Source: an uncultured Megasphaera sp.
Lineage (GTDB): Bacteria > Bacillota > Negativicutes > Veillonellales > Megasphaeraceae
NCBI GenBank assembly: GCA_934202965.1
Contig: CAKPYN010000006.1
Location: 37,141-101,140 of the forward strand
Direction of reading: 5' to 3'
DNA: 64,000 bases
Part shown: one piece after another, positions 54,586 through 63,474 of the stretch
Layout of the letters: the number at the start of each line of letters is the position of its first letter
Numbering within the stretch: the stretch's first letter is position 1
The notes under the pieces: generated by a model
The model's database searches: none
Told to the model about the DNA's origin: nothing
Seen by the model: the letters and a program-made list of their open reading frames with translations, nothing else
Made by a program: the position numbers and the translations under genes

Positions 54586-57192
54586 TTATATAGATACGGT
54601 CTGCACAGGCATGGTTGTGTCCATACTATCAGTCATCGCATCTTCCACATATGCCAAGTACGCTTTGGCCATTCGGGCAATATCTTCTTCTGTCAATCCT
54701 AAATCAGCGGTGCGAACATCCAGCTGCAGCTGCCGTTCCATTTCAAACAGCCGCGGCGTGCAGTCATTCGCCGTAAATCCCCCAATGGTACGAGCAATTT
54801 TGCCATACCGGAACATGTTATTTTTGCGAGCCAATTCCAAGACCAGCGGATACACAGCCGGCAGAATATCTTCATACGCCATATCTACTAATGCCGCCGC
54901 TTTTTTCATACCACGCAGTAGTACATTTCCAGTTCCATAGCCAACCATGCAACTGATAATACTGCCTAATACGACTTTTTCCCATTCCGTTTCCCGCGCT
55001 GAATCTGTGTATACCGGAATTAAATGCTTCTGCAGCAGCGATAATCCATACAAGGCCATCGCGTCCGCTAACGGCTGCGCCGTGCTGGCTGTGTAGGCAT
55101 TAATCGTACGGCATATAGAAGCAAATCCTGCCAAGGCAATTTCTTTCTTGCGCATTCCTTTCATACAATCCGGATCCACTATAATAACTGCGGCATTCGC
55201 ACTGGGACTATAGATATTTCGTTCACTGCCGTCATCATTCTGCCACGTAACAACACCATGAAACGCTTCTTCTACATCATATGTCGTAGGAATAATAATC
55301 AGTGAAATATGTTGTTTCCCTTCTTTTTCTGCAGCATAAATAATCTTCTTCGCACTCATAATGGCATCATTCCCGCCTACAGCTACCATGACGCGTCCTT
55401 GAATCTGCTGCAGCTGTGCCATTCCATTTTGGATCATGACGTTCTGTGTCTTATTGTCGCCATGTGCAAACAGAGAATACGTTATATTTGTAGTGTCTAA
55501 GCTTTCTTTCATCTGTGTCAACATCGTATCTACACGGTTTGCCGTAGAATCGGTTACAATCAAAGCTCGTTCGCCATACGATTTGATAATCGTTCCGACC
55601 TGACAACATTTATGGGCACCAAATATCATATTGGACGGCATAAAGAATGAGAAATTAAGCGGCCGTTCTGCATAGGTTACGGCACTGGTTGACTGTACTT
55701 CTTGCAGTGCATTAGCCATAGCCTGTCCGAATGCCAAATCACGTGCTGTTTCAGCCTGCGGTTCCAGGGCAACATCCACATGGGTCGCAAATTTTTCACC
55801 ATATCGTACTTTACAAAATGCACCAAAGACCAAGCCCAAAACAGCCCAACCTAAGACCATCGCCCATTCCTGCGGGACTAATGCGGCCCCGGAACCCGGA
55901 ATCATATACATAGCAACCATGAAGCCAGACATCAGTACCGCCATGGCCCCTACAATTTTATAATGTCCTACGCGATAGGGACGTGCCATATCGGGTTCTT
56001 TGGAACGAAGGATAATAAACGAAATAGCTACCATACAATAGGCAACGCAGCATCCAAAGTTTCCGGCATCTACAACCCAAACAAGCATTTTTTTACCAAA
56101 AAACGGAGCAATAATAGAAAGCAAACCAATTAACAGCAACGCATTGACAGGGCTTTTATATTTTTTATGCAATTTTGAAAATGTATGGGGAATCATATAC
56201 GATTCTGCCATCGAATACATAGCCCGGCTACCACCGATTAGGAACGAGTTCCAACTAGTAATAATCCCGCAAAGTCCGCCAATAATAAGAACCTTAGCCA
56301 TGATCGAACTGCCAAAAGCAATCGACATCGCATCAGCTGTTACCAAGCCGCCAACACCCTTCATTGCATGAGCAATAGCCGCATTATTCATAACATATCC
56401 GACGCCAAAAATAATCAAGGCATAAAATGTAACGGCTAATACAATAGATAAAATCAAAATACGTCCAATTTTCTTTAAAGATACGGAAATTTCTTCTGCT
56501 GCCTGTGGAATAACATCAAAACCAATAAAGAAGAACGGTGTCATTACAGCAACGGCTAACGTTCCTTTTAACATATCCACCGTAGTAGCTCCCATAAATA
56601 ATTGATTATCCAAATTATCTGCTTGTCCAGAAAATACAGACGCAACGATTAATAAAATACCTACGCCGCCAATGATTACTGTTAAAATCGTTTGTAAAAT
56701 AGCTGCTGTTTTCGTACCGATAATATTAATATACGTAATAAAGGCAGCTACAAGTACAGCCACAGCCAGCCACGATGCATAAATGTCAAACCCTTCAATC
56801 GTATACAAGTATCCTTGTAAAAAGTCCGGATAAATATAGGTTACAATCGTCGGCAATGCGCATGCTTCAAAACATACGACGCTAACATACCCCAATACAA
56901 TAGCCCACGTGCAAATAAAAGAACCTATGGGCCCCATGGCTTTAAAACTAAAGACATGTTCACCACCGCACTGCGGCATAGCTGACGTTAGTTCAGCATA
57001 CGTAAGACCTACAAAAAATACCATAATGCCGCCAATCACAAAGCCAAGCATTGCCCCTATAACGCCGCCTTGCATGATCCAGTCACCTGTGGAAACAACC
57101 CAGCCCCAGCCAATCATGGCACCAAAGGCAATAACGAGTACGTCCCAGGCGCTCAAAACCTTATCAAAATCAGATGCTTTTGTCGCAGCCAT
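54586..57192 (-). CDS. Fusion protein: APC-superfamily permease (N) plus degenerate iron-containing alcohol dehydrogenase-fold domain (C)
   Basis: Residues 1 to about 470 form a 12-TM APC permease (AELTSAMPQCGGEHVF). From FSFFMPSNMIFG onward the sequence follows the Fe-ADH fold (ALIVTDS, AVGGNDAIMSAKK, IIIPTT). The metal-ligand positions read GFASICRTINAY and SCMVGYGTG, with no Asp or His ligands. Confidence 0.8.
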   Translation of the reverse strand: MAATKASDFDKVLSAWDVLVIAFGAMIGWGWVVSTGDWIMQGGVIGAMLGFVIGGIMVFFVGLTYAELTSAMPQCGGEHVFSFKAMGPIGSFICTWAIVLGYVSVVCFEACALPTIVTYIYPDFLQGYLYTIEGFDIYASWLAVAVLVAAFITYINIIGTKTAAILQTILTVIIGGVGILLIVASVFSGQADNLDNQLFMGATTVDMLKGTLAVAVMTPFFFIGFDVIPQAAEEISVSLKKIGRILILSIVLAVTFYALIIFGVGYVMNNAAIAHAMKGVGGLVTADAMSIAFGSSIMAKVLIIGGLCGIITSWNSFLIGGSRAMYSMAESYMIPHTFSKLHKKYKSPVNALLLIGLLSIIAPFFGKKMLVWVVDAGNFGCCVAYCMVAISFIILRSKEPDMARPYRVGHYKIVGAMAVLMSGFMVAMYMIPGSGAALVPQEWAMVLGWAVLGLVFGAFCKVRYGEKFATHVDVALEPQAETARDLAFGQAMANALQEVQSTSAVTYAERPLNFSFFMPSNMIFGAHKCCQVGTIIKSYGERALIVTDSTANRVDTMLTQMKESLDTTNITYSLFAHGDNKTQNVMIQNGMAQLQQIQGRVMVAVGGNDAIMSAKKIIYAAEKEGKQHISLIIIPTTYDVEEAFHGVVTWQNDDGSERNIYSPSANAAVIIVDPDCMKGMRKKEIALAGFASICRTINAYTASTAQPLADAMALYGLSLLQKHLIPVYTDSARETEWEKVVLGSIISCMVGYGTGNVLLRGMKKAAALVDMAYEDILPAVYPLVLELARKNNMFRYGKIARTIGGFTANDCTPRLFEMERQLQLDVRTADLGLTEEDIARMAKAYLAYVEDAMTDSMDTTMPVQTVSI

Positions 57193-57216
57193 AGAAAATC
57201 CCCCTCTCAGTCCCTA

Positions 57217-57810
57217 TCAAACCTCTTCAAACCGCATTTCTACAAATGCCTGAATAAACTTTGCCGTTCGTTCCCAGCCCAGTACGCTACTGTCAACCAA
57301 CAGATGCCGGTTGTGACGATCGCCACGATAGGTTCCGGTAATATACTTATACCGGCGATGCAACATACTGTCATATTCATGAATTAATTCTGCAGCCCGT
57401 TGTTTTGTTACATGCATTTTATCTACGATAGCCTGTATCCGTTTTTCTTCCGGTGCATAAATAAATACATTTACCACATTCGGTTCATCCTTTAAAATAT
57501 AATCACTGCATCGGCCAATAATAATGCAAGAATGACGGGCCATTTTATGAATAACTTCAAACTGTGTATAAATAACTTTATTCGATAAATTGGCATAACG
57601 CGTTCCTAATGACGTATTGATCCCAAAGGGAACAAAATTTTTATTATCTGCTTTTTCTACCAACGCCTTATCGACGCCAATTTTTTCGACAACTTTATCG
57701 ACCAAATCACGGTCATAATATTCAATGCCCATAGACGATGCCAGCATCTTGCCGATCTCCGGCCCGCCACTGCCAAATTCACAGCCCACGGTTACCACAA
57801 AATGTTTCAT
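57217..57810 (-). CDS. Cytidylate kinase-like family protein (P-loop NMP kinase fold)
   Basis: N-terminal VGCEFGSGGPEIG glycine-rich loop and a length near 197 aa, typical of the family of unknown function. Confidence 0.7.
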   Translation of the reverse strand: MKHFVVTVGCEFGSGGPEIGKMLASSMGIEYYDRDLVDKVVEKIGVDKALVEKADNKNFVPFGINTSLGTRYANLSNKVIYTQFEVIHKMARHSCIIIGRCSDYILKDEPNVVNVFIYAPEEKRIQAIVDKMHVTKQRAAELIHEYDSMLHRRYKYITGTYRGDRHNRHLLVDSSVLGWERTAKFIQAFVEMRFEEV

Positions 57811-57874
57811 TTTTGTTCCCCCTTATAACGAACAGATGCCTTCTATCCCCTTCATAGAAGGCATCCTCTGTATT

Positions 57875-59092
57875 TTATTTTGTTAATTCTTCTACAGCTT
57901 CCTTTAAAATGGCAATCCCTTTATCGACATGTTCCTTCTGCAAAATTAGCGGTGGAACCAACCGAATAATATTGGCGCCAATTGCCGTCGTCAGCATATG
58001 CTTTTCCAAACATTTATGTTTAATATCTACGCTGTTGACACCATCAAATTCAAGGCCAATCATCAAGCCTTGGCCACGCACTTCTTTCAAATGAGGAATT
58101 TCTTTACGAGCCTGTTCTAAGAAATACGCTCCCATTTTCTTGGCATTACCAGCTAGATCTTTATCCAGTAGTTCTGTTACTTCTGCTAAGGCAGCCGCAC
58201 AAGATACGGGATGTCCGCCAAACGTACTGCCATGCGACCCCATTGTAAATGCTTTAGCTACTTTATCAGTAGCACAAATGGCAGCAATCGGCATGCCGCC
58301 GCCCATGGCTTTCGCCATGGAAACAATATCCGGCTTGATGCCATAATTCATATACGACATAACAGCACCCGTACGGCACCAGCCCGTCTGTACTTCATCT
58401 AGTAATAGAAGCAATCCCTTTTCATCACATAATTTACGAAGACCCGTCATAAATTCTTGTGTTGCTGGATGAATACCGCCTTCCCCTTGTACTGGTTCAA
58501 CCATAATCGCAATGGTATTTTCCGTTACAGCGGCTCTAAAGGCATCCAAATTATTAAATTCTGCATACGTAAAGCCTGGCGTCATATCACCAAATCCAAT
58601 CTGGCAGGCATTATCCGGCTGTCCTGTCGCACTCATGGAACCAAACGTACGACCATGGAACGACATCTTTGCCGTCACAATATTATATTTATGATGGCCA
58701 TACGTTTCCACACCATATTTACGAGCCATTTTAATCATCGCTTCATTGGCTTCTGTACCAGAGTTTTGGTAAAAAATTTTATCCATGCCAATGGTCGTGC
58801 AAACCTTTTCAGCCAACAACGCCTGCGGAATCGTATATGGATAGTTAAACGTCTGCATAATGTCCATGGCCTGATCAATCACCGCCATAACTACTTTATC
58901 ATTACAGCTGCCAGCACTATTAACAGCGATACCGGCATAGAAATCTAAATACGGTGTTCCCGTTTCATCATATACATACATGCCTTTTGCTCGTTCTGCC
59001 AAGAAATCATACCGTTCGTACGTTTCAATCATGTACTTTTTTACTTTTGCCTTAATGTCTGCTGCTGTCAATCCTGTTTCTGTCAATCGCAT
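57875..59092 (-). CDS. Class-III (omega) PLP aminotransferase, acetylornithine/GABA aminotransferase family
   Basis: SGTEANE, DEVQTGWCRTG and the PLP-Lys context DIVSMAKAMGGG. I prefer the ATG at 59092; the track start at 59098 is TTG. Confidence 0.88.
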   Translation of the reverse strand: MRLTETGLTAADIKAKVKKYMIETYERYDFLAERAKGMYVYDETGTPYLDFYAGIAVNSAGSCNDKVVMAVIDQAMDIMQTFNYPYTIPQALLAEKVCTTIGMDKIFYQNSGTEANEAMIKMARKYGVETYGHHKYNIVTAKMSFHGRTFGSMSATGQPDNACQIGFGDMTPGFTYAEFNNLDAFRAAVTENTIAIMVEPVQGEGGIHPATQEFMTGLRKLCDEKGLLLLLDEVQTGWCRTGAVMSYMNYGIKPDIVSMAKAMGGGMPIAAICATDKVAKAFTMGSHGSTFGGHPVSCAAALAEVTELLDKDLAGNAKKMGAYFLEQARKEIPHLKEVRGQGLMIGLEFDGVNSVDIKHKCLEKHMLTTAIGANIIRLVPPLILQKEHVDKGIAILKEAVEELTK

Positions 59093-59129
59093 ACCCAATT
59101 CCCCCTATACTGACCAATTATGCTAATTT

Positions 59130-59188
59130 CCAAAAAACAAAACAGAGGCAATGATACGTAAGAATCATCTCAGCACCATTGCCTCTGT
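59130..59188 (-). terminator. Terminator-like hairpin in the aminotransferase 5' leader (candidate attenuator)
   Basis: Minus strand ACAGAGGCAATG(23-nt loop)CATTGCCTCTGT followed by TTTTGTTTTTT, about 40 nt before the start codon and about 25 nt after the predicted TSS. Confidence 0.55.
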
Positions 59189-59219
59189 TTATGTTGTTTT
59201 ATGTTTATTAACTGTAATC

Positions 59220-59248
59220 ATAGTATCACTTTATTTTTAGTTTGTCAA
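59220..59248 (-). promoter_or_regulatory. Putative sigma-A promoter of the aminotransferase operon
   Basis: Minus strand TTGACA, 17 nt, TACTAT preceded by TGa (extended -10). Confidence 0.45.
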
Positions 59249-59433
59249 TGCAATATGTTTATTATTTTTTTATGTTTATATAGTTGTTTTATAAATAAAA
59301 AATATGTTATCTTTTTTTATATTTCAAGTATCATGAAACAATATACGACTTTATCCTTGTATAACTTGACTTAAAGCATGCTCTAAGTGATATGCTACTA
59401 ATACAATATCACACTCTAGGAGGAATGTTATAA

Positions 59434-60738
59434 ATGGATACCAAAAAGATTCTCAAATGGCTGTGTCCTATACTATTGATTGTTTGTGCTACTGCATATA
59501 TGGGGGTTCCTGGTACCAAAACAGTTACTCAGCAAAGCGTAAAAGCTGCCAAAGCCGCCGCCATACATTATGCGCCAATCAATTCAGTTGATGCATCGAA
59601 TATACGTCAAGTCATCACCAAAGACAGTACTACATCCCGCACCATTATGTGGCAGTCCCAATTTTCTGAAGACAACGCAGTCGTCGAATACCGCCGCAAA
59701 GACAGCGAAGATATATGGGCCGTGCCGGCAGGCAACGAAGCATTTACCGATGACGATACGACGACATACATTCATACAGCTGTACTGACAGACTTAACAC
59801 CGGGAACCGCTTACGAATATCGCGTGGGCTATGAAAAAAAACGCAGTGACTGGATGCCGCTGCAGACAGCGCAGGGAAATACGTTTAAAGCGTTAATTTT
59901 CCCCGATTCCCAATCCAGCGACTACAGTGCCTGGGCCGCTACCAAAGACCCAGCCTGGCAGGCCAATCCGGATGCTCAGTTTTTTATCAACATGGGTGAT
60001 TTAGTCGATAATGGGCAGGACCATTACCAATGGAATGCCTGGTTTGATGTCGTAGCAGATATGGCAAGTCAAATTCCAATCGCACCGGTCATGGGCAACC
60101 ATGAAACGTATAACAGAGATTGGAAAGTCCGTATGCCTGTTGCGTATCTCCATGTATTTTCACTGCCTAAACTAGAAAATCCAGACTACCAAAATCAATT
60201 CTATTCGTTTGACTACGGTGACGTCCATTTTGTTGTTTTAAACACACAAATGACAGAAATGGCACAGTTCCAGCCACATCTGCTGGCAGATGAAATGGAT
60301 TGGTTCCGCCAAGACATGAGCCGTACCCATAAAAAGTGGAAAGTCGTCTTGATGCATAAGGATCCCTTGCAATACGGATTCGCGAATCGACCGGAACCCA
60401 GAGAAGAAGGATTCTCTCCGGAAGGGAAAGACTGGATGCCTTTGTTTGATGAATACGGCGTCGATGTCGTCCTTTCTGCCCATCTGCACACCTACCGCGA
60501 CCGCGGGCACATTGCCGATTTTAAACGCAATCCCCAAGGTCCCCTGTATATCATCACCGGTGTTGCCGGCAACGTACAGTACCCCGGTCTTTGGAAACAA
60601 CACGCCTTAGATGAATATGTAGCTCCTCAACCGGAAAGTGATAACTATCTAGTCATGGAGGCGACAGACGATACGTTATCCTTCAGCAGTTATCTTCCTT
60701 CTGGTGAATTGCTCCACACAAGCATCGTGCAAAAATAG
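59434..60738 (+). CDS. Secreted or membrane-anchored metallophosphoesterase (purple acid phosphatase-like)
   Basis: Signal anchor, an Fn3-like N-domain (TPGTAYEYRVG) and the metallophosphatase motifs GDLVDNG, GNHE and SAHLHTY. An AGGAGG SD is upstream. Confidence 0.85.
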   Translation: MDTKKILKWLCPILLIVCATAYMGVPGTKTVTQQSVKAAKAAAIHYAPINSVDASNIRQVITKDSTTSRTIMWQSQFSEDNAVVEYRRKDSEDIWAVPAGNEAFTDDDTTTYIHTAVLTDLTPGTAYEYRVGYEKKRSDWMPLQTAQGNTFKALIFPDSQSSDYSAWAATKDPAWQANPDAQFFINMGDLVDNGQDHYQWNAWFDVVADMASQIPIAPVMGNHETYNRDWKVRMPVAYLHVFSLPKLENPDYQNQFYSFDYGDVHFVVLNTQMTEMAQFQPHLLADEMDWFRQDMSRTHKKWKVVLMHKDPLQYGFANRPEPREEGFSPEGKDWMPLFDEYGVDVVLSAHLHTYRDRGHIADFKRNPQGPLYIITGVAGNVQYPGLWKQHALDEYVAPQPESDNYLVMEATDDTLSFSSYLPSGELLHTSIVQK

Positions 60739-60748
60739 ACCATCTCTA

Positions 60749-60797
60749 AGAGAAAGGCGCATGAAATTATTTACCATCATGCATCCTTCTCTTTTTT
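60749..60797 (+). terminator. Terminator after the metallophosphoesterase gene
   Basis: AGAGAAAGGCGCATGA(loop)TCATGCATCCTTCTCT followed by TTTTT. Confidence 0.75.
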
Positions 60798-61030
60798 ATT
60801 TATTACGTCCGATATGAAAAATCTAAACCAATAAAACTACTTAATACATAACATAGCATTTCTGTATGCATGGATACAAAACACATATTTTGCCGTATCT
60901 ATGTATATTATACATAAATTTAGCTAGTTTATATATAAATATGAATTATAGTTACGAGACAATCTTAGGATTCGCAGCTTTCGTGTTTTTAACATAAAAA
61001 GAACAAGTAGGTACGTATTCAGAATATACC

Positions 61031-61071
61031 AAACAAAAAAGAGACTGCTGTATACGATACAACAATCTCTT
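61031..61071 (-). terminator. Terminator after mutS2
   Basis: Minus strand AAGAGA(loop)TCTCTT followed by TTTTTGTTT, 22 nt after the stop. Confidence 0.55.
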
Positions 61072-61092
61072 GATTTGATTCGTAATAAACAT

Positions 61093-63456
61093 TTAGAAAT
61101 AGATCAGCGTAACACCGGCACCGCCGCCTTCGACATCATCCAGTTGGTAGGATTTGACAAAGGATTGTCTAGCCAAAAATTCATGAATTTGTCGCCGCAA
61201 GGCACCGCTTCCTTTGCCGTGAATGATTTTGACCGGACTGAAACCAGCAGCTAATGCCTGATCCAAAAAGCGTTCTACATCCGGCAGTGCTTCATTAAAT
61301 GTCTTGCCGATAATATTAAGTTCCGTCGCTACGCTGTTTGTTCGAATCGGTCGATACGATGATTTAGCGTTGGCTTTCTTCTCTTCCTGCTTTTCTTTTT
61401 TGATTTCGTCTAAATAGGGCGCACTGACATCTTGAAGTTTAACCCGTACAGTCATGCCGCGTACGGATACGGTCAGTTTTTTCCCATTGATTTCTGTAAC
61501 TGTTCCTAATCCTTCCAAGGAATTGACAAATACGCTTTGGCCGACTTTGAGTTGACTGGCATCAACAGGATCGCGATGGGGCTTTTCTGTATCCGGCAGG
61601 GAAATCTGTTGAATGGCACGCCGTGCTTTATCAATGGCCTTCGCTTTTTCTCTATCGGAGCTGTCCTTAGACTGCTGCTTGAGTTCACGGATAATTCGTT
61701 CTGCTTCCATACGAAGATTGCGTTTTAAATCCACCGCTTCCCGCCGGCTAGAATCAATAATATCCTGCCGCTTGGACGATACTTTTTCTTTTTCTTTACG
61801 CAGCTCATCTTCGGTATGACGAATCGATGTTAGGCGTTTTTCCAACTCTGCTTCTTCTTCATCCATTCGTTTTGACTGCGTATTGAGCTTGGTCAAAATA
61901 GCTTCCATATCAACATCTTGGGCTTTACTGCGCAGTTCTTTCGCCTTGGTCAAAATATCGGCAGGCATTCCCAGTCGTTCACTAATGCTAAAAGCATGGC
62001 TGCTGCCGGCGGCACCAATACGTAATTTATATGTCGGTTTCAGCGTATTTACGTCAAATTCGACATGACCATTTTCAATGCCCGACGTATTATAGGCGTA
62101 ATTTTTCAAATCGTTATAGTGCGTCGTAACCATGACATAAACGCCTTTTTGATACAGCGCGTCTAAAATGGCAATGGCAATGGCACTGCCTTCGGCCGGA
62201 TCGGTACCGGAACCTAATTCATCAGCCAAAATTAAATCGTCAGCCGTACAATGTTTTAAGATATAAATGAGCTGTTTCATATGACTGGAAAAGGTACTCA
62301 AGTTTTGAGAAATATCTTGTTCGTCCCCAATATCAGCAAAGACATCTCGAAAAACAGGCAGTTCCGATTCTTCACCAACCGGTAAAAACAAGCCCGATTG
62401 ATGCATTAATACCAATAATCCCAACGTTTTCATCGAAACGGTTTTACCGCCTGTATTGGAACCGGTAATCAGCAAAATCCGATAATCACCGCCAATCACA
62501 ATTGTATTGGGTACGACATGCTTGGCATCAATCAGCGGATGTCGTGCTTGTACGAGTTTTACGAGTCGTTTTTTAGATACTAATGGCCGGCAGGCTTTCA
62601 TTTGCAATGCCAGTTGTGCTTTGGCAAAAATAAATTCTAAATTGCCGACACAGACCGTACTCTCTGTCAATACGTCGTATTGTCCTTGCACAATGCTCGT
62701 CAGCCGTCGAAAAATCCGTTCAATTTCTTTGGTTTCACCAATACGGGCTGCCTGCAAATCATTATTGGCATTCACGATAGCCAAGGGTTCTACATATAAC
62801 GTAGAACCGCTGGCTGACGTATCATGCACAATACCGGGGAATGCATGGCGATATTCTTGCTTTATCGGTACCACATACCGATTGTTACGTACTGTGACCA
62901 ATACATCTTGGAAATATTTTTGGTAGTCTTTATTTTGCAGTACACTTTGAATGTATCGCTTGGTCTGTCGTTCTAATTCAACAATCCGGCTACGCAAACG
63001 CATCAATTCCGGCGATGCATTATCACGAATCTGATGATTATTGTCAAAGACTGTGGCCATTTTATGAATGAGCTGAGAAAAATCACCAATCGTCTGTGAT
63101 TTTTCTTCCAACTGTGGATACAGTTCTTTTTTATCTGCAAAATACGCACGAATTTCGCCGTATCGCTGCGCATTGTTCCAAATATCAATACATTCCTGCC
63201 CGTCTAGTGTTACTTCACGGCTTGCTTTTTCCAATGCCGGCCGAATATCGACAATCCCCCCAAAGGGCGTGGACGCTTCACATTGTAAACAATGTACGGC
63301 CTCTTCTGTATCATTGAGCCAAGAAGCAACAACGGTACTGTCACTGCTGGGACGCAGCCGCCGGGCAATTTCTTTCGAAAGGCGGGACGGTGCCAGCCGT
63401 ACCAGCATTTGCTGTACTTGATAAAATCCTAATATACGCAAACTTCGTTTATTCAT
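61093..63456 (-). CDS. mutS2: Endonuclease MutS2 (MutS domain V ATPase plus Smr)
   Basis: Walker A GSNTGGKT, DELGSGTD, a long coiled-coil linker and a C-terminal Smr domain (LNIIGKT...IIHGKGSGALR). Confidence 0.95.
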   Translation of the reverse strand: MNKRSLRILGFYQVQQMLVRLAPSRLSKEIARRLRPSSDSTVVASWLNDTEEAVHCLQCEASTPFGGIVDIRPALEKASREVTLDGQECIDIWNNAQRYGEIRAYFADKKELYPQLEEKSQTIGDFSQLIHKMATVFDNNHQIRDNASPELMRLRSRIVELERQTKRYIQSVLQNKDYQKYFQDVLVTVRNNRYVVPIKQEYRHAFPGIVHDTSASGSTLYVEPLAIVNANNDLQAARIGETKEIERIFRRLTSIVQGQYDVLTESTVCVGNLEFIFAKAQLALQMKACRPLVSKKRLVKLVQARHPLIDAKHVVPNTIVIGGDYRILLITGSNTGGKTVSMKTLGLLVLMHQSGLFLPVGEESELPVFRDVFADIGDEQDISQNLSTFSSHMKQLIYILKHCTADDLILADELGSGTDPAEGSAIAIAILDALYQKGVYVMVTTHYNDLKNYAYNTSGIENGHVEFDVNTLKPTYKLRIGAAGSSHAFSISERLGMPADILTKAKELRSKAQDVDMEAILTKLNTQSKRMDEEEAELEKRLTSIRHTEDELRKEKEKVSSKRQDIIDSSRREAVDLKRNLRMEAERIIRELKQQSKDSSDREKAKAIDKARRAIQQISLPDTEKPHRDPVDASQLKVGQSVFVNSLEGLGTVTEINGKKLTVSVRGMTVRVKLQDVSAPYLDEIKKEKQEEKKANAKSSYRPIRTNSVATELNIIGKTFNEALPDVERFLDQALAAGFSPVKIIHGKGSGALRRQIHEFLARQSFVKSYQLDDVEGGGAGVTLIYF

Positions 63457-63474
63457 TCCATATATACTCCTGCT

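Noticed and set aside
60798-61030. About 230 nt of AT-rich non-coding DNA between the convergent metallophosphoesterase and mutS2 genes
   Set aside because: I recognised no ORF, repeat or conserved RNA structure. It is flanked by the two terminators and is probably plain spacer.
61093-63456. MutS2/Smr nuclease as a possible defence-type gene
   Set aside because: It has the full-length housekeeping MutS2 architecture in a conserved chromosomal context, with no associated defence genes.
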